A stretch of DNA of 64,000 nt from an uncultured Candidatus Saccharibacteria bacterium (GTDB lineage: Bacteria > Patescibacteriota > Minisyncoccia > Phycocordibacterales > XYD1-FULL-46-19). The translations under genes and the position numbers were made by a program. Below, piece after piece: positions 1-8,910 of this stretch. The stretch is taken from the NCBI GenBank assembly GCA_964510655.1, contig CAZEAY010000002.1, forward strand, positions 26,613 through 90,612, written 5' to 3'. The notes beneath the pieces were generated by a model. The model had not been told where the DNA came from, did no database searches, and saw nothing but the letters and a program-made list of their open reading frames with translations. Positions within the stretch are counted from its first letter, which is position 1, and each line of letters begins with the position of its first letter.

Positions 1-1
1 T

Positions 2-1387
2 GAATTTGGTAAGTGGAGTGGTGGAGCTCTTCTTTACTCGGATTATCCTGGGGGAGTAGGGGTTGCTGGTACTGTGACAAGTGGTGCCCGTGATGGTAAT
101 CAAGCTCCTCCAACCGCTATTATGGGTATGGCTAATGCTCTTGGTGGTTACAGTGGTAGATTCCTTGGATATGATGGTGTCTATACACGAGGAGATAGAT
201 TTGGGCTTTATGCCACAAACCAGCTGGGTGGAGTAGAACCACCAACCGCTTGGCTTGCTACTGTGAATAAAACAGATGGCACTCAAAAAAGTTATGTCGG
301 TTATTTTGCCGATACCTTTAAAAATGCTAATAGTTATGCTGGATATTTTGATGGTAGGCTAGCGACCAATAATCATTTAGATGTTGGTGGTCATATTTAC
401 CTAGGTCTTCCTACGGCGACTGACGGGTCTGATCTTATTCTTCAAAATATGTCTGGAAATTATAATATTGATAATTATAATGGAACATTACGTTTCCACT
501 CAGCTGGACTAGTAAGATTTGCTTTTAGTCAAGATGGAAAAATCAAAATTAATGGTGGTGCCCCAGGTCTGAATAAGGTTTTAGCTTCCACTGATGCAGA
601 AGGTAATGCTGTATGGAAAACTATTCAAGAAATTTGTCCTGGCTGTAGTACTGCAACAAGCCCAAATTATTGGACTCTTAATGGTAGTAATTTATCTAAT
701 AACTCTGGAAATAGCCTGACTCTTAATATTGGAGGAGGTAATAATGCGGTAAATATTAATGCTTCAGCTGGTTATGCTTATCTAAGACTTTCTGATCCAT
801 CTGGTAACACCTCTATTTCTAATTCTGGTTCCAGTCTAAATATTGGAGGTGATAGTGGTGGAGGTTCTATTTACCTACGAACGAATGGCTATAATAATGC
901 TATGGTGATAGGAGCTAGTGGTAACGTTGGGATTGGAACAAACAATCCCCAAAGTAAACTTGAGATTAGTGGGGGTGTGATTGTCGGAAGATCTAGTGTT
1001 GACGATGGAGATAATTTGGTTATTCAATCTGGATCGGGACAATATATATTGGATAACGTTGGTGGAAGTCTAAGATTTTATAACCCAAATGTCTCTGCTT
1101 ATGGTAGACCGGCTGGATTTGTTCCTTTAGAAATTAAACCGAATGGCCAGCTACTAATTCGCGGCGGTAATACTGCTCCGGGAGAAGGAAAAATTCTAAC
1201 CTCAACTGACAATTCTGGGGGGGCTAGTTGGTGTCGGGTTTGTATCAGAACCTATGATACTGATGACTCCCAATATAGTCCTTGGTCCTGTACAAAAGGA
1301 ACTGGTGATGCTGGGGCCAGTGATTTGACCGGCTTTAATAATTCTGTCAGTATTGAAAAAATTCAAGTCAAGATGCAATGTGACTAG
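2..1387 (+). CDS. 5'-truncated fibre/adhesin-like secreted protein with GNVGIGT beta-repeats; paralog of the next gene
   Basis: Frame is open from position 2 (EFGKWSGG...). Contains GNVGIGTNNPQSKLEI and GK(V/I)L(A/T)S..G.A.W motifs and a Cys-containing C-terminus. Confidence 0.7.
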   Translation, partial: EFGKWSGGALLYSDYPGGVGVAGTVTSGARDGNQAPPTAIMGMANALGGYSGRFLGYDGVYTRGDRFGLYATNQLGGVEPPTAWLATVNKTDGTQKSYVGYFADTFKNANSYAGYFDGRLATNNHLDVGGHIYLGLPTATDGSDLILQNMSGNYNIDNYNGTLRFHSAGLVRFAFSQDGKIKINGGAPGLNKVLASTDAEGNAVWKTIQEICPGCSTATSPNYWTLNGSNLSNNSGNSLTLNIGGGNNAVNINASAGYAYLRLSDPSGNTSISNSGSSLNIGGDSGGGSIYLRTNGYNNAMVIGASGNVGIGTNNPQSKLEISGGVIVGRSSVDDGDNLVIQSGSGQYILDNVGGSLRFYNPNVSAYGRPAGFVPLEIKPNGQLLIRGGNTAPGEGKILTSTDNSGGASWCRVCIRTYDTDDSQYSPWSCTKGTGDAGASDLTGFNNSVSIEKIQVKMQCD

Positions 1388-1406
1388 TTTTTAGGATACA
1401 ATCACT

Positions 1407-1443
1407 AAATAAAAATCCCCAATAATTTGGGGATTTTTATTTT
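1407..1443 (+). terminator. Intrinsic terminator
   Basis: aaataaaaatcccca-loop-tggggatttttattt hairpin after the stop codon. Confidence 0.75.
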
Positions 1444-1599
1444 AAATTTAATAAATTTATTTAATCTAGTTTTCATTTTTGAGAGTTCGTTATATCCTTG
1501 CGCTCTGAGGTGGATTGTGTTAGTAATGTAAGGATAAATTTTAGGGTTTGGAGACCAATTATTATGTGTGATTCTTTATTAGGATAATTTATTAATTTT

Positions 1600-3288
1600 A
1601 TGAAAAAAGCGTTATTTTTAGGGCTTTTGATCCTCGGATTGGTTAATGTTGCTCAGGCTGTAGCTATTGACGACAGTTTGACTCCTCAGAACTGTGACCG
1701 ATCCAATCCGGCTTGTGCTCAGTTTGTTGATACTACTTCCGTTGGTCAGGTAAAATGGGGTGGTTTTATTGCTGGTGGTTTGCGTTCATTAACCAACCTT
1801 TTTGTCGATGGCAAACTTGGTGTTGGTACTTTACGTCCATCCACCGGTGAACAAGTTTTAAAGTTAGATGTTGAGGGTGCTGTTGGTGCTAAGTTTTACT
1901 GTGATGAAAACGGCAACCATTGTGTGGCTGGTGGTAATTTGGGTGGTGGCAATACGACTAACATAAATTTGACTGGCAATGGTGGGGTTTTGGTTTATAA
2001 TCCAACTTCTAATACTTATATTCTTTCTATTTCTACTAGTACGATTCAATCTCGAATCACTGGCACTTGTCCTGCTGGGGAAGCGGTGCGAGTAGTAAAT
2101 CAAGACGGAACGGTAGTTTGTCAGAGTACTTCCGGTACTGGCAATGGTGATTCTTTCTGGACAGCCAATGGTAATAATATTTTCAACAATAATTCTGGAA
2201 ATGTTGGTTTGGGGACTAATAATCCTCAGCAGAAATTAGATATCAATGGCAACCTCTTTGCCAATGGAAAGTTTTTTATTGGTACTCCTGAGGCCGGTTG
2301 GAAGACTAGTTGGATTGGGATTGCCACTAATGTTACTAATGACAGTAAGCGTTGGTTGCATATTGGTGGTGAACAGGACAGTAATTGGAATGGTCAAACC
2401 AGTGATGGTGATCGCCGAATTGCTTTCTTTGCCGATCGTAATTATTTCACTGGCAAAATTGGTGTTGGTGTTCAAGGTCCTTCTGCTATGCTTGATATTA
2501 AACAAACTTCTGTTTCTGATGCTTTTGCTGGACAGCCTTCTCTTAAATTTAGCAATGCGGAAAATAAAGTTCGTGGTGAGTTTGGTCGCTACAGTAATGG
2601 AGCGGAACTTACCTCTGAATATGCTGGTGGTGTTGGTGTTGCTGCTACTGTCACTAATGGCGGACGGAATGTGGATCACAAAAATTCTCCTTCCACCGCT
2701 ATTATGGGTATGGCAACGGCTCCAGAGGCTTATACTGGACGTTTCATTGGTTATCAGGGTCTTTATACTCGGGGTGATAAGTTTGGTCTATACGCCACCA
2801 ATGAGCTCGGTGGGGAAGAGGCTCCAGATGCTTTCTTAAGTGATGTTCGCTCTGGTAAGAGCTATGCCGCTTATTTTGCTGATGCGGTCAATAGTGCTAA
2901 GAGTTTTGCTGCTTTCTTCAAGGGTAAGATTGCTATTGTGGATGGTACTCAGGGGGTTGGTAAGATTTTGGCTTCTGATGCTAGTGGTACAGCTAGTTGG
3001 AAAACTCCATCGGAGTTAGGTTTAGCCGGCGGCACAGCTAGTACTCCTGCCAACTTTACTTTCAGTGGTCCTTACAACATTTCTTCTGTTAATCAGGGGA
3101 CTCAAACTAAAGACTTAGGTGTTCACAAAATTTGTATGCTAACTGTTTCTCAGTATTCTATTACGGCTGGTGCTTGGGGTAATCCTGTTTGTAAGGTAGG
3201 AAGAAATGCTAATAATTCTTGGTATTTCCAAGCCATGTCTGATAGTAAGGGAATTGGTGCTCACTGTGAGGCCTTGTGTTTAGATTAA
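1600..3288 (+). CDS. Secreted fibre/adhesin-like protein with signal peptide and GNVG(L/I)GT repeats
   Basis: Signal peptide MKKALFLGLLILGLVNVAQA; repeats GNVGLGTNNPQQKLDI and GKIGVGVQGPSAMLDI; Cys-rich C-terminal domain. Confidence 0.75.
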   Translation: MKKALFLGLLILGLVNVAQAVAIDDSLTPQNCDRSNPACAQFVDTTSVGQVKWGGFIAGGLRSLTNLFVDGKLGVGTLRPSTGEQVLKLDVEGAVGAKFYCDENGNHCVAGGNLGGGNTTNINLTGNGGVLVYNPTSNTYILSISTSTIQSRITGTCPAGEAVRVVNQDGTVVCQSTSGTGNGDSFWTANGNNIFNNNSGNVGLGTNNPQQKLDINGNLFANGKFFIGTPEAGWKTSWIGIATNVTNDSKRWLHIGGEQDSNWNGQTSDGDRRIAFFADRNYFTGKIGVGVQGPSAMLDIKQTSVSDAFAGQPSLKFSNAENKVRGEFGRYSNGAELTSEYAGGVGVAATVTNGGRNVDHKNSPSTAIMGMATAPEAYTGRFIGYQGLYTRGDKFGLYATNELGGEEAPDAFLSDVRSGKSYAAYFADAVNSAKSFAAFFKGKIAIVDGTQGVGKILASDASGTASWKTPSELGLAGGTASTPANFTFSGPYNISSVNQGTQTKDLGVHKICMLTVSQYSITAGAWGNPVCKVGRNANNSWYFQAMSDSKGIGAHCEALCLD

Positions 3289-3310
3289 AATATCTAAATT
3301 AAGATGGTTT

Positions 3311-3342
3311 AAAAAATCTCCACTGTTGGTGGAGATTTTTTT
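3311..3342 (+). terminator. Intrinsic terminator
   Basis: aaaaaatctccac-loop-gtggagatttttt. Confidence 0.75.
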
Positions 3343-3402
3343 GTTTAAGTTATTCACTCAAATTATATTTTTAGATTTGTTAATGATGATATAATAAGAC
3401 TA

Positions 3403-5157
3403 ATGAATATTGATCAGGATCAATTAATCAGTTTTTTAACTGATACTAAACTTGTTTCGGCTGATGATATAAAAAAATCTCAAGCTTTAGCGGCTGAACA
3501 AAAAAAGACTTTGTCGGAAATTTTAATTAGTGATGGAAAAATTTCTGAAGATGATTATCGTCGAGTGAATGCTTATCTAATTGGTATTCCTTTTGTAGAC
3601 TTAAAGACCGAAAAAATTGATAAAAGTATTTTATCTCTTATCCCTGAACCAATTGCCAGAAAACACAATATTGTCGCTTTTGGTAAAAAGGACAATGATT
3701 TGGAGGTGGCCATGCTTGATCCTCAAGATCTGGAAGCGATTGAATTTATTAAAAAAAGCTCCGGCTTACGAATTCTTCCACGTCTCACAGACACCGAATC
3801 TATTAAAAAATCCCTCGTTCAATATCAAAAGAGTTTGAAGGCTGAATTTGGCGATATTATTCAAAAGGAATCTCTAAATGTGGGCCAAGATGGGGGTTTT
3901 GACGGAGTGTCTCTTGAAGGGGAAACTGATCTGAAAAAATTGGCTGAAGATTTGCCTATTGTGCGGATTGTTGAAACTCTGCTTACTCATGCCATCATGC
4001 AAAAAGCCTCAGATATTCATATTGAAATCTATGAGAAAGAGTTGGTGGTCCGCTATCGCATCGATGGTATTTTGCATGATGCTATGATTTTACCTCGGAA
4101 CATCGCCGCTGGTATTATTGCTCGGATCAAGGTTTTGGCTAATCTTCGCCTTGATGAAAAACGTTTACCGCAAGACGGGCGATTCAAAATGGAATTATCT
4201 GATCAAAATGTCGCTTTCCGGGTTTCTATTTTACCTACTTATTATGGAGAAAAAGTTGTTATGCGTTTGTTGCCAGAGACTGTCCATGGATTTACTTTGG
4301 AAACATTGGGCTTTCATGGAGCATCTTTGGAAAAAATACATGAGGCTACTAGAGCGGCGACCGGGATGATTTTGGTTACTGGTCCAACTGGTTCGGGAAA
4401 GTCCACCACCCTCTATACTTTGTTAGAAATTCTTAACACTCCCGATGTAAATATCTCTACTATTGAAGATCCAATTGAATATCAAATACCGCGAATTAGT
4501 CAAACTCAAGTTAAGCCAGATATCGGTCTAACTTTTGCTAATGGGTTAAGATCTTTAGTCCGTCAGGACCCCGACATTATTATGGTTGGGGAAATTCGAG
4601 ATAAAGAGACCGCTAATTTGGCGATCAATGCTGCCTTGACTGGACACTTGGTTTTGTCTACTTTGCATACTAATTCCGCCGCCGGAACTGTTCCTCGTAT
4701 GCTTGATATGGGGGCGGAAGCCTTTCTTCTTGTTTCTACGATTAAAGTTATTGTTGCTCAACGGCTGGTGAGAAAGCTCTGTCCATCAAAAGAAGAGTAC
4801 CACTTAACTAAAGACGAATTGGCTAAACTATCCCTTCATGTTGACATGGACCGTGTTTTACAAATTTTGAAAGAGGAAAATATTATCGAACCTAATGTCG
4901 GTTGGGATAAGGTGCCTTTTTATAAAAATATTCCATCAGCAGAATCAAAAGATGGTTTTGCTGGTCGGGTCGGAATTCATGAGGTGTTATCTCTAACTTC
5001 TTCGATTAAAGATATGATTATTAAGGGTTTAACGACCGAAGAGATAGAATCTCAAGCTAAGAAGGAGGGAATGATGACAATGATTGAAGATGGTGTCTTT
5101 AAGGCTGTTCAAGGTATTACTACGATTGAAGAAGTGTTACGTGTCGTTACGGAGTAA
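3403..5157 (+). CDS. pilB: Type IV pilus assembly ATPase (PilB/GspE family)
   Basis: Walker A GPTGSGKST, TIEDPIEY, LVRQDPDIIMVGEIRD, His box LSTLHTN. Confidence 0.92.
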   Translation: MNIDQDQLISFLTDTKLVSADDIKKSQALAAEQKKTLSEILISDGKISEDDYRRVNAYLIGIPFVDLKTEKIDKSILSLIPEPIARKHNIVAFGKKDNDLEVAMLDPQDLEAIEFIKKSSGLRILPRLTDTESIKKSLVQYQKSLKAEFGDIIQKESLNVGQDGGFDGVSLEGETDLKKLAEDLPIVRIVETLLTHAIMQKASDIHIEIYEKELVVRYRIDGILHDAMILPRNIAAGIIARIKVLANLRLDEKRLPQDGRFKMELSDQNVAFRVSILPTYYGEKVVMRLLPETVHGFTLETLGFHGASLEKIHEATRAATGMILVTGPTGSGKSTTLYTLLEILNTPDVNISTIEDPIEYQIPRISQTQVKPDIGLTFANGLRSLVRQDPDIIMVGEIRDKETANLAINAALTGHLVLSTLHTNSAAGTVPRMLDMGAEAFLLVSTIKVIVAQRLVRKLCPSKEEYHLTKDELAKLSLHVDMDRVLQILKEENIIEPNVGWDKVPFYKNIPSAESKDGFAGRVGIHEVLSLTSSIKDMIIKGLTTEEIESQAKKEGMMTMIEDGVFKAVQGITTIEEVLRVVTE

Positions 5158-5254
5158 CGGCACAATTTCGAATGTCAGATGTAAAATTAAAAATGAAATA
5201 CGATTTGGTGTATCTTATTTGACTTTTGACATTTGAAATTTGTAATTGAAATTC

Positions 5255-6469
5255 ATGTTATTTAAAATAAAAGCACAAAAATCTAATGGCGAAATTGTTG
5301 AGGGGGTAAGGGAATCCTCTGATAAATTGATGCTCTCTCGTGAAATGCGGGCCGAGGGTTTGGCTCTATTTTTTGCTGAAGCTCTGCATAAGACTGAACC
5401 CTCGGGCGGTTTTTTTCGAGGATTATTTAAAAAAGTTGGATTAAAAAATAAAATAGTCTTTGCTAGTAACTTAAGTTCGATGATTTCGGCCGGTCTGACT
5501 CTGTCTCGGTCTTTAGAAGTTTTGGAAAGGCAAACCTCGCAAAAGTATTTTAAAGGTGTAATCAAAGATTTACTGAGAAGAGTTACGACTGGAGAGAGTC
5601 TCAGTCAGGCACTTGAGGCTTATCCATCTGTGTTTCCTCCTGTTTTTTCGGCGATGGTGGGGGCAGGTGAAGAATCTGGTAATCTACCTAATTCTTTGTC
5701 AATCATCAAGGATCAAATGGGTAAAACCTATGAATTAAAAAGAAAAATTACTGGTGCCATGATTTATCCGACAATTATTGTCTTACTCATCATTGTTATC
5801 GGAATTTTGATGATGGTTTTTATGGTCCCAACTCTTTCAGCCACCTTTAAAGATTTAAATGTTGCCTTGCCTCTATCGACCAGGATGATTATTGGAGTGA
5901 GTGATTTTTTAAAGAACCATTATCTGGTTTTTGCCCTGGCTGTAATTTTGGTGGTGACTGTTTTCAGTTTTTGGCTCAAAACTCCAAAAGGTAAAAAAGC
6001 TCTAGATTTTGTTGTTCTGCGGCTGCCTATTTTTGGTAATTTGGTCAGAGAATATAATTCCGCGGTTATCATGAGGACGATTTCGTCTTTAATTACAGCT
6101 GGAGTAAGTATGACTAAATCAATTGAAATCACTGGTAACGTCATTCAAAATTCTTTTTATAAACCAGTCATGGTTGGAGCCGTTACTGATATCCAAAAAG
6201 GTATTTTACTCTCAGCTGTTTTTGAAAAACAAGAAAAACTTTTTCCCGTTTTTGTGTCTGAGTTGGCAGAGGTTGGTGAAGAGACTGGAAATTTGCCACA
6301 AATGCTTGAGAAGGGGGCGGTCTTTTATGAAAATGAGATTGATCAAGCGACAAAAAATCTTTCAACAATTATTGAGCCTCTTTTGATGATTGTTATTGGG
6401 GCGGCCGTTGGATTTTTTGTGGTGGCAATGATTGGTCCAATGTATAGTCTTACATCGGCAATAAAATAG
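5255..6469 (+). CDS. pilC: Type IV pilus platform protein (PilC/GspF); ATG 5255 preferred over TTG 5246
   Basis: Two T2SSF repeats (GEESGNL, GEETGNL), AMIYP motif, terminal IEPLL...PMY. Confidence 0.92.
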   Translation: MLFKIKAQKSNGEIVEGVRESSDKLMLSREMRAEGLALFFAEALHKTEPSGGFFRGLFKKVGLKNKIVFASNLSSMISAGLTLSRSLEVLERQTSQKYFKGVIKDLLRRVTTGESLSQALEAYPSVFPPVFSAMVGAGEESGNLPNSLSIIKDQMGKTYELKRKITGAMIYPTIIVLLIIVIGILMMVFMVPTLSATFKDLNVALPLSTRMIIGVSDFLKNHYLVFALAVILVVTVFSFWLKTPKGKKALDFVVLRLPIFGNLVREYNSAVIMRTISSLITAGVSMTKSIEITGNVIQNSFYKPVMVGAVTDIQKGILLSAVFEKQEKLFPVFVSELAEVGEETGNLPQMLEKGAVFYENEIDQATKNLSTIIEPLLMIVIGAAVGFFVVAMIGPMYSLTSAIK

Positions 6470-6485
6470 TTTTACGGTAAAGAAA

Positions 6486-8294
6486 ATGCTATACCACTCT
6501 GATATAAAATCTGACCGACTAAGTAAAGCTGGCTTTACTCTGGTGGAAGTTTTAGTGGGAGCATTTATTTTGTCGATTATTTGTATTGGGGTTTATGGCG
6601 GCTTTGTTTCTGTTATTAAAACGGTCCGGGCGGCTCGGGTTAAGACCGATGCCATGCTTTTAGCCAATGAACAAATAGAGATTGTCCGAAATTTACCTTA
6701 CCAGGATGTTGGAATTGTGGCTGGTATTCCAGTCGGGGTTATTCCTCGAGAACAAGTCTTAACTCGGGGAGGGGTGTCATTTAAACTAACTTCAAGTATC
6801 AGGAATATTGATGATCCTTTCGATGGAACTATTGGTAGTAGTACTAAAAATGACTTATCACCAGCTGACTACAAACAACTTCAGATTGACATAGAATGTC
6901 TGGCTTGTGCGAATGGAGAATTTTTACCACAAAAAATTTATACAACGATTGCTCCTAAAAACTTAGAAACAGCTAATGGCAACGGGGCTTTATTTGTTAA
7001 AGTGTTTAATTCTAATGGTGATCCGGTTTCGGCGGCTCGTGTTCGGATTGAGAAAAGTCCAACTTTGATTGATGAACTGACGGACAATAATGGAGTCTTC
7101 GCCCTGATTGATGCTCCGCCAGGCGCCCTGGCTTATAAAGTGACCGTCACTAAAGATGGTTATTCTTCGGAAGGGACTTCGGCTATTACTACCGGAAACC
7201 CTAACCCCCTGATTCCTCCGGCGACTATTTTAGGTGGACAGGCAACACAAATAAGTTTTGCGATTGATAAGCTTAGTAACTTGGGTATTCAAGTGGTTAA
7301 CGGGGTTTGTAATCCGATTGATGGTGTTTCAGTGAGGGTTGTTGGGCAAAAAAAGATTGGACAGAACCCCGATGTTTATAAGTATGATAATATTTTAACT
7401 TCGGACTCTCTGGGGTTGATTAATCTTTCTAATCTGGAGTGGGATACTTATAGGTTCTCTTTAGCCACCACTAGTTCTTGGTTTTTAGCTGGAACATCAG
7501 TTTTTGTACCGTTGTTTGTCGCTCCCGACACGTCTCCTCAAATTCTTTTGACGGCTCTGGCTAGAAAGCCGAATGGGCTTCTGGTTTCTGTTCATGATAG
7601 TGCGACAGGTCTTCCGTTGTCAGGGGCAGATGTTACGATCGAGACACAAACACTAGTTACTAGTCAGGGGTTTTTCAATCAAACGGATTGGTCGCTTGGC
7701 TCTGGTCAGATCATCTACACTAATAATAAAATGTTTGCTGATACCGATGGTAATATAGATTTCACTAATAATCCTGGAGAAATACGTTTGCGATCATCTT
7801 TGGGTAAATTTATTGTATCTGGTAATCTTATTTCTTCTATTTTTGATTCTGGTAGCACAAGTACGGAATATAAATCTCTCCGTTTTTCACCATCCGATCA
7901 AGCTACCACGACCGGCGTTGGGAGTATTCGCCTACAATTGGCTTCTGGTAATGATCCGGCGACCACCACTTGGAATTTTCTTGGTCCCGACGGGACGGCT
8001 TCTTCTTATTATACGACGTCCAACGAGGGAATTAATTCTGTCCACAATAATCATCGTTATATTCGCTATAAAGTATTTTTACAAACAGCTAACGATTTGG
8101 TTACTCCCAATATTTCAGACATCGGCCTTACTTACACGGCGGCTTGCACTCCGCCAGGTCAGGCTTATTTTGAGGGCTTGTCTGGTGGACCACAAACTAT
8201 TTCTGTTAATCGTGATGGTTATTTGCCCTACACTTCTGCTATTGATGTCAGCGATGTTTGGCAGGAATTAAATGTTTCATTAACTGAGATTTAA
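6486..8294 (+). CDS. Large prepilin-type protein with carboxypeptidase-regulatory-like beta domains
   Basis: Type IV prepilin motif AG|FTLVEVL; repeated G.P(V/L)S.A.V motifs. Confidence 0.8.
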   Translation: MLYHSDIKSDRLSKAGFTLVEVLVGAFILSIICIGVYGGFVSVIKTVRAARVKTDAMLLANEQIEIVRNLPYQDVGIVAGIPVGVIPREQVLTRGGVSFKLTSSIRNIDDPFDGTIGSSTKNDLSPADYKQLQIDIECLACANGEFLPQKIYTTIAPKNLETANGNGALFVKVFNSNGDPVSAARVRIEKSPTLIDELTDNNGVFALIDAPPGALAYKVTVTKDGYSSEGTSAITTGNPNPLIPPATILGGQATQISFAIDKLSNLGIQVVNGVCNPIDGVSVRVVGQKKIGQNPDVYKYDNILTSDSLGLINLSNLEWDTYRFSLATTSSWFLAGTSVFVPLFVAPDTSPQILLTALARKPNGLLVSVHDSATGLPLSGADVTIETQTLVTSQGFFNQTDWSLGSGQIIYTNNKMFADTDGNIDFTNNPGEIRLRSSLGKFIVSGNLISSIFDSGSTSTEYKSLRFSPSDQATTTGVGSIRLQLASGNDPATTTWNFLGPDGTASSYYTTSNEGINSVHNNHRYIRYKVFLQTANDLVTPNISDIGLTYTAACTPPGQAYFEGLSGGPQTISVNRDGYLPYTSAIDVSDVWQELNVSLTEI

Positions 8295-8295
8295 T

Positions 8296-8898
8296 ATGTT
8301 TAAAAAAGGTTTTACATTAATTGAAATTTTGGTTGCCATCGGTATTTTTACTGGTATTACTTTGGTTTTGAGTAATTTTCAGAAGGATATTTTTGTTAAT
8401 AATACTTTTATTAAAAATAGTTTAGTGGCGGAAAGTGAAGCGCGGGGGGCACTAAAACGAGCTATTGCCGAGCTCCGTGCTGCTTCTTCCTCTAATAATG
8501 GTCTTTATCCTTTGGCCGTTGCTGATAAAAATACCATTACTTTTTTTTCCGATATTGATCGCGATGGTTTGCGTGAGCGGGTACGCTATTTTGTTGCGAC
8601 CTCTTCACTTTGGCGGGCCGTAACCAAACCAACAGGGGAACCCTATTCTTATTTAGATAGTAATGAAAAAATTACGATGGCCGTTCATGATATTGTTAAT
8701 CCAACATCGACACCGGTTTTTAACTTTTATGATAAAACTTACAATGGTACAACTTCTCCCATGTCTTGGCCGGTTGATATTGCCAACGTCCGTTTAGTCA
8801 GAATGACGATCTTGATTGATACCGACCCTGTTCGATCACCGAAGGTTATGACTTTTTCTAGTCAAGTAATGATTCGTAATCTGAAAGACAACCTTTAA
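8296..8898 (+). CDS. Minor pilin (PilW/PulJ-like)
   Basis: KKG|FTLIEIL prepilin motif; ends ...IRN. Confidence 0.8.
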   Translation: MFKKGFTLIEILVAIGIFTGITLVLSNFQKDIFVNNTFIKNSLVAESEARGALKRAIAELRAASSSNNGLYPLAVADKNTITFFSDIDRDGLRERVRYFVATSSLWRAVTKPTGEPYSYLDSNEKITMAVHDIVNPTSTPVFNFYDKTYNGTTSPMSWPVDIANVRLVRMTILIDTDPVRSPKVMTFSSQVMIRNLKDNL

Positions 8899-8910
8899 AA
8901 TAAATTTCAA

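Noticed and set aside
3074-3095. Identical heptapeptide NISSVNQ in the ORF at 1600 and near the end of the ORF at 49365
   Set aside because: Short, made of common residues, and with no flanking similarity; probably chance.
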